A stretch of DNA of 64,000 nucleotides from Trichosphaerium sp. ATCC 40318 (GCA_038496445.1 JALMLS010000577.1:992001-1056000), one strand, 5' to 3'; numbered from the stretch's first letter, positions 1 through 12,809 are shown. The notes: generated from the sequence alone by a model not told the origin. Translations and numbers: made by a program.

Positions 1-1417
1 GGCATCAATCTGTCGCAGATAAAATTCTGTAGTTTCTCCATGTCTTCTTGCTGAAGGTAGGCCATGTGACATGATACCAAGAAAACCTGAAATTGGGTGG
101 TATGTGGCTGTTATACCACCTGAATAATGTGGATTATCTTCTTTAATTTTAGCGGGAATCTAAAAATAGAACAATTAGCGCTCACTTGTTTGAGTCAAGG
201 TACGATGAATGAGTGATGGATGTACTGATAACGTGTATCAGCTTATCGACCCAGATACGTGTTTTTAGATAGAAGCAACATAGAACTGAGAAAAAAAGTT
301 GTTTTCATACAGCAGGATTGTTGTTTTCATCTACTATCCAATGAAGTATTGAATTCTGATACCGAAAACCGTCCCCGACAATAATAATATCAAAACAATT
401 GCATACATCTCCGCCATAGACAACATCAAAATCGTTGGTAATTACAAGTGCTATTCCAAACTTTTAGCTCTCTTTACTTTTGTAATGTTCTTGTACTTAC
501 GAATTTGGGCACCTGTAACCAGTACTGTCTTTTCTGAGTCGAGTATTGTGTAAAAATTACCATCCCCTAATCTATACGTAATCAAATATTTGTCATCCTC
601 TATCAAAGTACATTAGATACAACAACACGTAAGCAGGAGTTTTTGCAACCATAAAAAAGACGTACTTGGGTTGTGAGCTATCCTTGGATCAAATAAAAAG
701 CGTCCGTGGGTTCCAGGGATGAGACCTCCGCCTTTCAAAAGAACCCCCTAATGGCATTACACATCATGTTTGTTCTTTCTAACGTACACCGTTTACAGTG
801 TCTTCAATAAGATAGTACATTACGCCAAAGCTAAAGTCAACGGAACCTACAATTACGAATTCATTATGCCCAATAGCAATATCAGCAGAAACAGTGCCCA
901 TAATTCGAAAGTACGTTAGTTCGCCACTTCTTAGTCCTATCATGCAGCCCTTAGTACAGAATTTTGTTACTTGTTTAAAGATGTTCTTGCTCAAACCTGT
1001 TTTCGTGAATACAACTACAATCAAGTCTTGTCTTCTGACTGCTCTACTTGCAAACTCAAAAGCAAGTACGAAATATTCCTAGATAATACTTAGTAAATAT
1101 AAATATAAACAATCACGTGTTTTTTTTGCAAATAAACTAACCACTCCGTTTATAATTCCAGACGCCATTTTTATGGCACCATTGTATAATATATGCCCTA
1201 GCCCTGGTATGAGGTCTTCAATTTTAATCGGTTTGGTGATATCTTGATAATAACATGGAGTAGACGAGGGAACTTTGACATCATATTTAGGAGGGTCAGG
1301 AGTGATGCTGGTGCCTCTTTTATAGAGAGAATCATGATCTCCGTGCATTTTAGCGATCATAGCCATGGCACAGACTGCTACAATAAGAAGAAACGAATTG
1401 GAATGTCGTTTATTCAT
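1..1417 (-). CDS. Secreted multi-exon protein of unknown function, paralog A (3' end runs off the window start)
   Basis: Signal-peptide-like start MNKRHSNSFLLIVAVCAMAMIAK. Exons are colinear with the paralog at 3.3-5.2 kb (shared GLRxGELTYFRI, EDTVNG, PRIAHNP), with gtacg/gtaag donors. Approximate. Confidence 0.6.
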
Positions 1418-1839
1418 CTTGTTCTTTGGTGATTTGCAGCTTTTTGGTAGAGGATTAAGTACTACATTGAACAGAATGTGATTTTGTGATGGATAGAGAT
1501 TTAACAAGCCAGCTTCAATCAAATAGCTCTTTAAAGTGTACATGAACTATCCACCTTATTACCTCCTTCGGACTTTGTAAGCTCCTGAAGGTAAATATGT
1601 GCACCGAGTCATCTCGAGTTTCTTTATTGCAATTTCTTGATATTTCAGAACTATAAACAGTAATGAATACAGTGGTATGTGTTGAAGAGGTTTAAATGCG
1701 CTTTGAACAATTGTAACTACACGTAAACATTTAAAAAAAGCGTACAAATCCTTGAATTGCTAAAGAGACACGTGGCTAGTCGTATTGGTTGCAATATTCT
1801 GTAGAGTAAAATAGTGTTCAAGAGCTACAAACAACTTAT

Positions 1840-2900
1840 CTTTACTTCAACTGTATGAGTGAATGTGCCTCTTTTAAAGATAGAATCAGATCTCCATGTA
1901 CCCAACGATCATAGATATGGTCGGCTGCTACAATAAGAACAATTACATATTGTCTCACTTTATCCTTGCTGTTGTACTTGGATACTTCTGCGATTAATAA
2001 GTACGAGCGATTTCGTGATAGAGATTTAGCAACTTGAAAAAAAAAACTGACAATATAGCTTATCAACCTCCTGTTCAGGCTTTAAGGGTAATGAGTGAGA
2101 TCATACAACCAAAAGTGGTGTTTCAAAGAATCTTTCGAGTGTACCGAGTCATCTCGAGTTGAATGCTCGCACTTTCTCGGATATCATATTCTTTAACATT
2201 TGATACGTTGCGTGCTAAGTAATTGGTCCACACTTCAGGTTTGTTGATTGCTCGTAACTACACGCGAAACCAGTTTGAAACATGTTGTGGGTTACTTTAA
2301 ACTTGTTGTAACGTACTAGTTTCAGAAAGTAACTTGATTTATTAAGGACCAAAAAAGTCAAGGCAGTGATATCACGCTGCACGCTCATCCGGAGTGTTAA
2401 TTTGTCGCCTAATCATATTCATCTTCCACATTGTCCTGGTTTTACATTTTTCTTTTGGTCTATGTACACCAAAGATAGTATTTAAATTAAAACTGTCCTC
2501 AATCTCGCGAAGATAAAACTTGGTAGCGCGGGCTACAAAACCTCTTTTAAAAGGTTCGCCATGTGCCATGATACCAATCAGTTCAGATATTGGATGATAC
2601 ATTGCTGTTAAACCAATGGTACCATGTTGTGGGCTATTGTCTAATGGTAGGTCCCTAGTATTGTTAATTCATCTAAGCAAAGTCATTTACTATCCAATGA
2701 AGCATGACACCATCATCACCATAGATAATAATATCAAAGCAATTGCATCTCTACCATAGACAACACCAAAATCGGAACTTTCGTTCTTCTAGTTGCTATT
2801 TGTAACAAAGAGTGAACCTCTTTTAAAGAGAGCATTGTGATCTCATGTATTTTAACGATCATAGCCATAAGACAGACTGCTACAATAAGAAACGAATTGT
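1840..2900 (-). pseudogene. Two deleted or degenerate fragments of the same secreted-protein family
   Basis: Signal-exon remnants at ~1860-1945 and ~2815-2900 (ttcttattgtagcag...catggagatc). An internal exon remnant at 2480-2780 (YHPISELIGIMAHGEPFKRGF) matches paralog C. Confidence 0.55.
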
Positions 2901-3299
2901 TCAAGGGAATGAGTGATTATGTAACTTAATGGGGTGTTTCAAAGAATCTTCCGTGTAACGAGTCATCTCGAGTTTCTTTACCCGCATTTTCTCGTTATGT
3001 TTGATTTACACGTACAGCACTCAATTTTTTCTTATTGTCATATTTCAACATTGAGTACTAAGTTATTGTTGAGCATAGTACAGCTTTCTATCAATTTTGA
3101 CCACTGTTGAATAAATGAAGTAGGTACATACACTCTCAACTGTTACTCGCAAAAGTATGACATTGGAATACCAAACTACTCTATTTTTGTGGCGAACTCT
3201 ATTTTAATTACATGTACATAGCTCAAGAACAACAAACAAGCAAACTCTATATTTTTATTCCAGGACCACTGTTGAAGTTGTTATTGTTCATATTCGTCT

Positions 3300-5189
3300 T
3301 CCACATTGGCCAGGTTTTAAGTTTATCATTCTTTCCATGCTGTTGCCAAACAAAAACAACCATACAGTACCGCCATCGCTATCTCTTTCAGTATTAAATG
3401 CAAGCTAGAGTAAAGAAATGTAACTTAGTAAAAATGAAGGATATGTGAAAAGAAATCATCATGTTAAGTTGTCATGACGTACTGCTGTTGTACAACTCAT
3501 AGATCCATACGCAATTGCAGGTTGTTCAGGATTATCATCTTTTAAAGTGTAAGTGAATAGCTGTAGCAGTAAAATGATTTCAGACTAACCTGGTGCAGTG
3601 AAAGGCACAACTTTAAATGTTTGCGTATCAGATTGATATACAGTGATATACAATAATCTGGTCATGTCAGAGGGAGATACCCCTAAGAAAGTACCACGTT
3701 CATTGGGTATGATGTCCATGCTGATGGGAAGACCAGATACATCCAATGGTGCGTCAAGTGTTCGTGCACTATCAACAAGATTTAAACTGAGGCTGGCATC
3801 AATCTCTCGAAGAAAAAACTCAGTGGTGTCACCAGAAAAACCTCTTTTTACAGTAGGCAGGCCGAATGACATGATACCAATAAACCCTGATATTGGATGG
3901 TATGCGGCTCCTAAACCACTCGAGTCATGTGGGTTATCCTCTCTAATAATAGGACCCTAAAAATAGAGTTTGTTAGCAATCTTAGCAAATTTAAAACATA
4001 CAGCAGGCATATTGTTCTCGTCTACTATCCAATGAAATATAGCTTTATCGCCTCCGAACTTGGAATCTCCACTGATGATAACATCGAAACAATTGCATAC
4101 ATCTCCACCATATACAACATCAAATTCGGCGCTTTCGTTCGCTATAAGTAAATGAGTTTAAAAAAAGTTCTGTTTCCTTTACTTTGCACTTACGAATTGC
4201 GGCACTAGTTACGGCCTTATTCTTTTGTGGGTCAAGTATTGAGTATAAAATATTAGTGTCCGATGAATAAGCGATCAAGTATTTGTTGTCATCTATACAA
4301 CATATTAAAGGGACATAATTACAAACTGTACGATAGTACAATAGTCACGTGATTAAATAGAAATAAACGAAATCAAAACAAAGTTCGTACTTGGGTTGTG
4401 GGCTAGTCTTGGTCCGAAAAAAGTTTCTCCAGCCTGTGGAAGAATTTCAACGAATTGCCCTAATATCACGCCCTATGTTGTATGTCAAGAGAATTTCTTG
4501 CATTAATGTGGAGCTACGTACACCATTTACAGTATCTTCAGTAACGAAATATACTGAAATCATAGATCGACCTCCTCCAATGCCAGTGGTGCCAGCGACT
4601 GCAATTTCATTTGTTCCAACAGTTATATCGATGTTAGCTGTTGCAGCAATGCGAAAGTACGTTAGTTCGCCACCCCTAAGCCCTGTGATACAGCTTAAAG
4701 TTAGTGAAGATATAAATGGTTTCTATGATTATTTTGCTTGTGACTGACCTTTTTTCGTGAATACAACGACAATCATGTCTTCTGCATCAGACATTGCGTC
4801 TTCATAATCAAAAGCAAGAACAAAATATTCCTATTGGATTAAATCAGGTGTTCGTTTCGTCAAGTTGTACTAACCACTCCATTGATAATTCCAGACTTCA
4901 TTACGGGACCAAAAAGGTCTCCTGTTACCTCTAGACCAGGTATGAGTTGTTCCATCATAATTGGCGTGTTGATATCTACTAAAGCATTAGACACAACAAG
5001 GAGTGGATGTATTATTCTTTAGAGAAAGTATTTACCTAGCGGACAGCTTACTTTTACTTCAACTTTAGGAGGGTCAGGAGTGGTGCCTCTTTTATAGAGA
5101 GAATTATGATCTCCATGTATTTTAACGATCATGGCCATGACACAGATTGCTACAATAAGAAGAAACGAACTGGAAGGCAGGTTATTCAT
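3300..5189 (-). CDS. Secreted multi-exon protein of unknown function, paralog C
   Basis: Start MNNLPSSFFLLIVAICVMAMIVKIHGDHNSLYKRGT. About 8 exons homologous to paralog A, with PxLAHNP/YLIAY motifs suggesting beta-rich repeats. 3' end approximate. Confidence 0.6.
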
Positions 5190-6130
5190 CTTGTTGTTAT
5201 GGTTAGCGGGTGATTTGCAGCTTTTTGGTAGAGGATTAAGTACTACATTGAACAGAATGTGATTTCGTGATGGATAGAGATTTAAAAAGCCAGCTTCCGC
5301 TCAAAAACTGTACTACCCATTGATAACCTTCTCCGGGCTGCGATACAACCTAATAAGCTGTTTCAAATAATGTTTTGTGTACCGAGTCATCTCGAGTTTC
5401 TTTGCCCGCACTTTCTCGTTATGTCTGACAAACGTACAGTACTCAATGTGTTCTTATTTTATCCACTGCCAAAGAACATGATATACGCTCTCAACAATTA
5501 CCATTCAGTTAAATCGCACAAAAAGTATTATTAACGAACGTTGAGACTAGTCACGTGATAAACAAGTATATGTGGTACTATATGATCTGTAAATGCGTTG
5601 TTGGTTAGTTAAATTTACTCCGGTGGCGTACATTGTACGGTACAATTTAGTTTTCATCTTGCCTACAATTAAGTTGTTTTCCGTTCTCTTCGACAAACAA
5701 AGGATTCATGCTTTCAGCTTACAAAATGAACACTATACATCGTAGGCTGCGCTACACTTCCTCATATTTAATACTGTTTCATAGCAGAAATTGGTCTTGT
5801 ACGTGATACACGTGATGTTGCACTTGGATTGTTACATCTGACTTTTCAAGCCAATCACGCTGACATTGAATTTCCTTCGTTGGTCTTAATGTTGCATATT
5901 GTGTTAATAAGCTCATATAGTTAGCTACAACTAAAACTTATGTATGTATGAGTTACAAGAAGAAGTAATGTTTGAACTGAGGTTACTACTAGCAGGACTT
6001 TGTCAGAAGATAAAATGTATCGGTTCAACACTGCTTAACATTAGTGGTCAAAGAAAGTATCACGCGACTTACAAAACTCAGGACTCGTTAGATATTGCTC
6101 GGAACACCGTCTAACATTGCGTGCTACACA

Positions 6131-7318
6131 ATGGAAAAAGAAATAGACGTATCAGGTCCCAAAAAGCAAAGCAAAAGCGGTTCAAAAAGGCACAATATCG
6201 AGCTAATCTCACTTCCAGTTGAAGTTATGGTTCTCATTCTAAAATGCGGGACATTTACACTGAGATCAGCCCAAACATGTCGTTTGATGCGAGATATTAT
6301 CCATTATCACGTAGGATACAATATAATTAATATTTCTAGCAAAAGTGAGTTAAACGTACTTTCTGGTAGCCCTTTACTTCAGAACACAAAAATTTCTTTC
6401 CAATCTGTCAAATATGTCTATGATGATTCGTTATATCTACTTTCAGGAGTACGCTCAATTGATCTTCGTTATTGTAAGGGAATAACAGATTATGGGATCA
6501 AAGCATTGGCAGGTGTACACACAATTAATATATCACTTACAAATGTAACAGATGAAGGTATAATAGCATTGGCCGGTGTACACACTATCAACTTAGCAGG
6601 CACAAATGTAACAGATAAAGGCTTGAGAGCTTTGTCCGGAGTACACACTATCAACTTGTTTGATTGTGATGTAACAGACAAAGGCGTTACATGCTTGGCA
6701 GGGTGTTATTGTATAAACTTGGGTGCTACATCAATAACAGATAAGGGTGTAAAGGCATTGACAGGTGTGCATGAAATTAGTTTAGCATGCACACATGTAA
6801 CAGATGAAGGTATAATAGCATTGGCCGGTGTACACACTATCAACTTAGCAGGCACAAATGTAACAGACAAAGGCTTGAGAGCTTTGTCCGGAGTACACAC
6901 TATCAGCCTGTGGGATTGCAGTAAGATCACAGATGAAGGTATAATAGCATTGGCCGGTGTACACACTATCAACTTAGCAGCCACAAATGTAACAGATAAA
7001 GGCTTGAGAGCTTTGTCCGGAGTACACACTATCAGCCTGTGGGATTGCAGTAAGATCACAGATGAAGGTATTAAGGTATTAGTTGGAGTTCATACAATTA
7101 ATCTTCGTGGTTGCCGGGGAATAACAGATTCAGGCATAAAGGCATTGGCAGGTGTCCATGAAATTGAGCTAAGGTCAACCAAAGTGACAGATGAAATCTT
7201 AGGGGCACTAGCCGGTGCTCATACCGTTGGACTTTCCCTATGTCAAGGAATAACACATGAAGGCGTTAAGGCATTAGCAGGAGTTCACACAATCAATTTA
7301 TTAGGTCCAAATAAATAA
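6131..7318 (+). CDS. Intronless F-box-like/leucine-rich-repeat protein
   Basis: N-terminal LISLPVEVMVLIL (F-box-like) followed by ~13 repeats of GVHTINLxxTxVTDxGxxAL. Near-identical DNA repeat units at 6540-7070. First ATG at 6131. Confidence 0.85.
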   Translation: MEKEIDVSGPKKQSKSGSKRHNIELISLPVEVMVLILKCGTFTLRSAQTCRLMRDIIHYHVGYNIINISSKSELNVLSGSPLLQNTKISFQSVKYVYDDSLYLLSGVRSIDLRYCKGITDYGIKALAGVHTINISLTNVTDEGIIALAGVHTINLAGTNVTDKGLRALSGVHTINLFDCDVTDKGVTCLAGCYCINLGATSITDKGVKALTGVHEISLACTHVTDEGIIALAGVHTINLAGTNVTDKGLRALSGVHTISLWDCSKITDEGIIALAGVHTINLAATNVTDKGLRALSGVHTISLWDCSKITDEGIKVLVGVHTINLRGCRGITDSGIKALAGVHEIELRSTKVTDEILGALAGAHTVGLSLCQGITHEGVKALAGVHTINLLGPNK

Positions 7319-8272
7319 AGGGTTGAAAGTGTTATCTGGTGTGCCACACTCTAGTACTGTGACAATGTTTAACTACCCCCGCGAAAATAAGGACAACATA
7401 AGAATCTAAACAGCACTGCAACAGCTGTCATGTATACCTACAATTAATAAAACGCCACGTTATACTTATTTCATCACCTTGCAATTTTTAGCAAATACCA
7501 AAGAACATAAAACAACAAGGAAGGAATCTATGACTGTGAAAAAAAAATTTCTTTTTATTTATCCCAACTGTGAATTGTTAAACGTGGTTGCCATCAAATA
7601 CACGCTAATTAGAGAATAACTACGTGTATTAGAGGCGTCGTGGTCTGGTCACGGCTAAGCTGGCTATAAAAGTCTGTACAAATATTAGAGGGATTCGAGA
7701 ATCTTTGAGGCGTTTTTACTCACCTCAGAACCAACTTAGACTTCAATTGCTATTAAACATGTAGCTACGATGCCATTCTTATACGTGTAAAAACAATTTT
7801 GTGATTTGTCTATGCTGTGCCAAGGAAAAGTAGCAATAGTCAAAGCAATTTTTTGCAAAGCATGCTTTTTCAATTTTGGAATTTCTGAAACTGTCTCAAC
7901 AGCGATGCTGGCCTAGTCTTTTATCTATCTGTAGTGTTTATAGAGTATTGGTTATGTTAGAATCAGACGCCCTGCTTGTAGTAATAGTAAAGCTAAAAAT
8001 CGCTGTTCCACGCTCAAACTAGTTTGTAGTTTACCTAAATACCTATGAAATTCATTTGTGCTGCGGTTACTCTCATTCACTCAATTTTACTGTAACCTTA
8101 ATAAACGGACATCTTAAACCCTTATTATTAACAACAGGTTGAGGAAACTTATTTCAATACAAGTTTCTCTCGCTTATGTTCAAAACCACTTTTTTTTTTT
8201 CTGCAAGTCGGTGGCGTTTAAAAAGCAAAAATGTTGGCTGAGGAGTAGATCTAGTAGTGATTTAATTCGTAG

Positions 8273-8351
8273 TTTGGGGGACGGAGACCCAGGTTCGATT
8301 CCTGGCGGGCCCCATTAATTGGGCCTGTGGTCTAGTGGTATGATTCCGTTT
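8273..8351 (+). tRNA. Candidate circularly permuted tRNA-Pro(UGG): 3' half 8273-8313, spacer 8314-8320, 5' half 8321-8351
   Basis: 3' half TTTGGGG-GACGG-AGAC-CCAGG-TTCGATT-CCTGG-CGGGCCC-C; 5' half GGGCCTG-TG-GTCT-AGTGGTA-TGAT-T-CCGTT. The halves assemble into a full cloverleaf with anticodon TGG and C73. Confidence 0.7.
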
Positions 8352-8799
8352 ATACATGTCCTTCGGGACCTAGATCTTTTTGTTGTTTTGGCACTTGCCT
8401 TGGTGCTAGGAAACTATCAAACTACTGAGCTTCGTTCTCATTTTTACAGCAAGTTTATAAGCATTGAGGGTATGCAAACATTGCGCTGTAGTACATTGAC
8501 CTTGATAGATATTTGACAGTCACATTGTTGAAAAAAAAAAAGATGGATTTGTCTATTTTGTTTATTGTGTAGTTTACTTTACTGTACCACAAACAGAAAA
8601 TTGGTACACTACATACATCCACCAACCTTAACGTTTAAGGGATTATATAATAGTGCGAATGTGTACATGTGTAAAGCAAAAGCCCAAAATCGTTGTTGGA
8701 GATGTCACTTGGCGGGCTTCTTTTTTTTTTTGAAAAATTGTTTGTTTGATCTTCCTTTACTGTCTTGAGTGTCGTACACGTATTTGTTCAGGAGATCGT

Positions 8800-11450
8800 T
8801 GTGGTGTTATAGTATAGTATGTAACAGGAGCTTCTTTTTTAGCCATAGCTCCCTAGTATAGAATATCAGGTGTTTGAAAGGTACCATTATAACGTACGTA
8901 AGCTACTGAAGGTAGTTGCTTGAACTTTTCTTCAGCTTTAGGACTTGGTACTATGTTATCAGTAGATGCTCTTGCACGGCCTATGAGGCACGAGTTTCTA
9001 CCAACTGAATACCTTCTACAAACAGCGATAGATGAAGGTTTATTAAAACGAGCCAAGAGATCCTCTAGAGTCAAATTGTTAAGAAAGCGATAACAAACAA
9101 AAAAAAATACAAAATGTTGTGTCTTACCATTGTTCGAAAATATGCCTACTATCTGGCTACAACGTGTTGCTGTGATCTCATCTACTCTTATTTTATGGTT
9201 TTGTAGTATCATCAATAGTGATCTGTCATTGTGATTTGCTATAAGACGGCAAAAGACTAAAAAAAATAATGTCAGTTTCACGTCGTTTGACACCAAAAAG
9301 TTGACAAAAACCTTTCGGTGTGGTCAGGTTTTTTTAAATGGATTTTTTAGTTTTTCTGGTAATAAAGACATACGGGAATCCTGACATAACGTAGATATAA
9401 TGCTAACAGTGACATGAAGGGATTTTGCCATAAAATCATTTCCAGCATAAGTAAACAGTCTAGGAAGCCATTTAGGAGCTTCTATTGCTGCTATCTCTTG
9501 CTTTATCTTATCTCTGCTTAATGTGTATTGTTGTAACTGCATGAGCGCTAAAATAAGATTAATATAAAAGAGAAAAACAAGGCACAATTTTATAATCTGA
9601 AAAAGAGTTTCTCCGCAAGTGTCGCTTCTTACAGAAAGATAAAGAACCCTTTTAGAAACAAATATCTTAAAAGGTTTTCTGTACTAACGAAGGTACGAAA
9701 AGAAAAAAATAATGACACACCGTGTCAATTCGGAACTTATCTTTTCGTCAGAAAAAAAAAACTTTCGGCTGAAAAAGATTGATTAAAAAAAGAACGTACA
9801 TAGAGGGTATGGGGTTGTGACTTGTGGCTTTATAAATACATCACTGTGTCTATATATAATCTCAGATAAACAAGCAAAAGAAGCTTCATTTGAGTGAGTA
9901 AGGCTGAAACCAGTAGTGGTGGAAGTTATTCTTATCGGAATATGTGCTGTTGATCTTGTGTTGGTAACATAAGACGCCGTTATGTAGTTCGGTGATGAGC
10001 AGAAACGAAATAAGAAGCTGTAGAAAAAACCTATATTTAGCATAGGAACTCGATAGGGCACGTAATAAAAGTGGTACAAAAAAAAAAATTATATCCACAA
10101 AAAATCGGTAGTTCCAAAAAAAAGCAAGAAAAAAAACTATTTACGAACCTCCCTACATCTTTACCATTAAGAAGTTTTTCAGACTTTTTCCTGTCACAGT
10201 CTGGTATAAAATACCTAAAAGAAAATATGAGATAAAGAAAGAACTAAAGACCCGAAGAACAAACTTGTTTACAAAAAAAGAAAAAAAAAGGGTCTGTTCC
10301 TCTTTTTAGGTTCGTAGACCTAAAAGTGTCGTTTGGTTTATTTTATTCGCGTGTTCGTACGGGTGCCTGGTAAATAAACCAAGAGAACAAGGGTACATTA
10401 AATACGCTTGATAATGATCTATTAATTCATGCAAGCTATTGAACGATAGAGTGTTTGTAGCCTGGTATTTGCCTAATTAAAAAGTGAGAAAAATGTTCAA
10501 AAACTTTTTTAAAAAGTCGTCTGTACCCTCTTTGCACTTTACGCGAATAGACATGATAGACTTATCGCCAACACCACCTGCACCATCATTCATTGTACCA
10601 GATCGACTACCGACATAGTCTAGAGTGCGTTATTTTAGAAGTCGACTTCTAAATTTGGAAAGTCTCTTTAGACGCACGTATAGTTAAAAAGTTTGCGTGG
10701 TTACTAAATCGCACCAAGAAGGTACCATGCACTTGTCCTTCGAGCAAGTGCATGGCATCTTCTATAGCTAACCAACCCATGAAGCAAGGCATACCAAAGA
10801 GAGTCTTAGCCTAGAAAAACTAAGGTAAATACAAAAAGGTCTGTTGTTGATTGACAAGTAAAAACCAAAAAAACAGTTGTACGTTTTTTAAAGATGCAGA
10901 TATCTCGCCAAAATGATAAGACCATCTAGTCCAACGGCTTTGAGTGACTACATATTCAGTTCGAGGATCTGAAAAAGGACAAATCAGGAAAACGTTACGA
11001 ACAGGTAAATGTCGTGATTGTACCAAAGAAATGCTGTAATACTTTCTGATCGTAGTTTGACATTGTGACGAATCGTTTGAAATGATTTACGAAGCCTGTA
11101 TAAGAGATTTGCGAAAACTTGCAGAGGTCAGCGTCTGTAACCTCAGTATGTCCTTATTACCTTACTAATTAACTGCCAGAAGTCCTTAGAGAGCGGTGCG
11201 TGTTCTAAAGCACTAGTATTTCTCCTTCCTCTCTGTTTTGATTGCATACAGTAACTACGGTGTTTCTTATGTAGCATTGCTCTAGATACATGAGACTGTG
11301 GTCTGTTTGCACTGTTTAATGGAATTAGTGGTAATCTCCGACGTATTTTTTGCAAAATCTTGTCAAACGCACTCTGGTGTTATACTGTCGCCAAAAGAAC
11401 CATATCCCTGCAATAAGTATGAACATAAACGAAGAAATTCCGAACCTTTC
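8800..11450 (-). CDS. Multi-exon protein with at least two SH2-like domains
   Basis: Exon 10680-10810 reads FMGWLAIEDAMHLLEGQVHGTFLVRFSNHANFLTI. Exons 10150-10215 and 9850-10020 read YFIPDCDRKKSEKLLNGKDVG/FLFRFCSSPNYITASYV. Ends approximate. Confidence 0.65.
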
Positions 11451-12809
11451 TTACAAACTCCAAAAAAAAAAAACAAGAAGCAAACAAACGTACGTTATCC
11501 ATACTCCTAGACTTGTGAATAGGACGATACATTTTTTTTCGTTGATGTGTACGTGTTGTCGACCTTGTGAATGAGTTCCAAATTTGATTTTCGAAAAAAC
11601 AAACTTTGACCAAACGCCATCAACTTTTTTTTCCGAAATTGGTTTACAGAAAATAAAAACAGGACATAATTGTACTGTAGTACAATATTATCTGGATATA
11701 TATTAAAACAACGCTGTTACAGAAATACCTAAAAAACCTAAACAAAAAAACTGTTGCGTGTTTCGTAGTTTCCAAGTTTAGACCTCAGGGGGTTTAGTAT
11801 TAACCCGTAATCATAGCGCCATACTTTACAGTATGTGTGAAGGGAATGTAAAACCGAGCATTGAAGTAGTAAACATCGTAAGAAAATTTTGCCTTCCTTT
11901 CTTCAAAAAACACTTGCAATTACAGGATACTTCCACTACAACACTACAACCCACTGAACTCACTGCATGTAACAACTACCATGATACAAAAAAGCCATAT
12001 TTGGAGCGACGTATCACGTTAGCCGTGTATCAACGAAGTAAACTAGTCTTTTTATGTACAAACACAAATAGTACGCGTTGAGCTTAATGTGGTACACAAA
12101 ATGTAAAAAAAACAGTTCAGAACTGCATGTAACTTCCGGTCCATAAAATAGGTATACACGTGTATGTAATAGCGCGTAAGGGCGGTTTCTTATTCAAATA
12201 GAACTGAAAAGCAGACTTTTTTTACAATTTCTCGAGAACCAAATTACAAACCTAAACTGACAACACGTGGTTATAAACGCTCGGGAAAAACATTCAATAA
12301 ATAGCTTTGTACGTATTCCTACAGGTTCCCCGAACTATCTGCTAAAAATACATAACACACGCCTCGCGGTTTTGTTGCAAACTTTTTTTGTTCTAAAAAT
12401 TCATTTTCAACTAAACTCAATTACAAGTTCTGATCTAACAATCACTTGTATCGCGTGTAATAATTTCAAGAGTTTGAAAAAAAACGGTTTTAACAAATTT
12501 CACATTTTCTCGTTCATTTTCCACTTATCAAAAAAAAGCATAACAGCTCGCCACTAACTTGAAACAGTAATGCAAAAATCTACTAGAGGTGATTCAAAAA
12601 AAAAACATCAAAAGGAAAAAAAAGAGGTAAAATAAATAATAATGTACAATTCGTTTATTTACACCTGAAACGCGTTTTTTTTATCTTTTCTCAAACGCAT
12701 GCATAGTTTTAAAAAAATTGGTGGAGGAAATTTCTTCATCTTCTTTTTTTGGAAAGTCAAACACAAAGAAAGGAAGAGATATTTTTTTTCTTTTTTTTCT
12801 TTTTTTGGA

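Larger units (their letters stand above)
1605..5398. promoter_or_regulatory. Four identical copies of CGAGTCATCTCGAGTT (1605, 2145, 2959, 5383), each upstream of a copy of the secreted-protein family
   Basis: The exact 16-mer recurs amid diverged flanks. It contains the inverted repeat CGAG-TCAT-CTCG and a TGACTC (AP-1/GCN4-like) core on the - strand. Confidence 0.55.

Noticed and set aside
6490-7059. Antisense ORFs over the LRR gene, and similar shadow ORFs over 14.0-14.7, 19.3-20.1 and 37.6-38.2 kb
   Set aside because: Shadows of repetitive or biased coding sequence on the other strand.
8238-8272. Hammerhead-like CTGAGGAG upstream of the tRNA halves
   Set aside because: No GAAA core or stem II follows.
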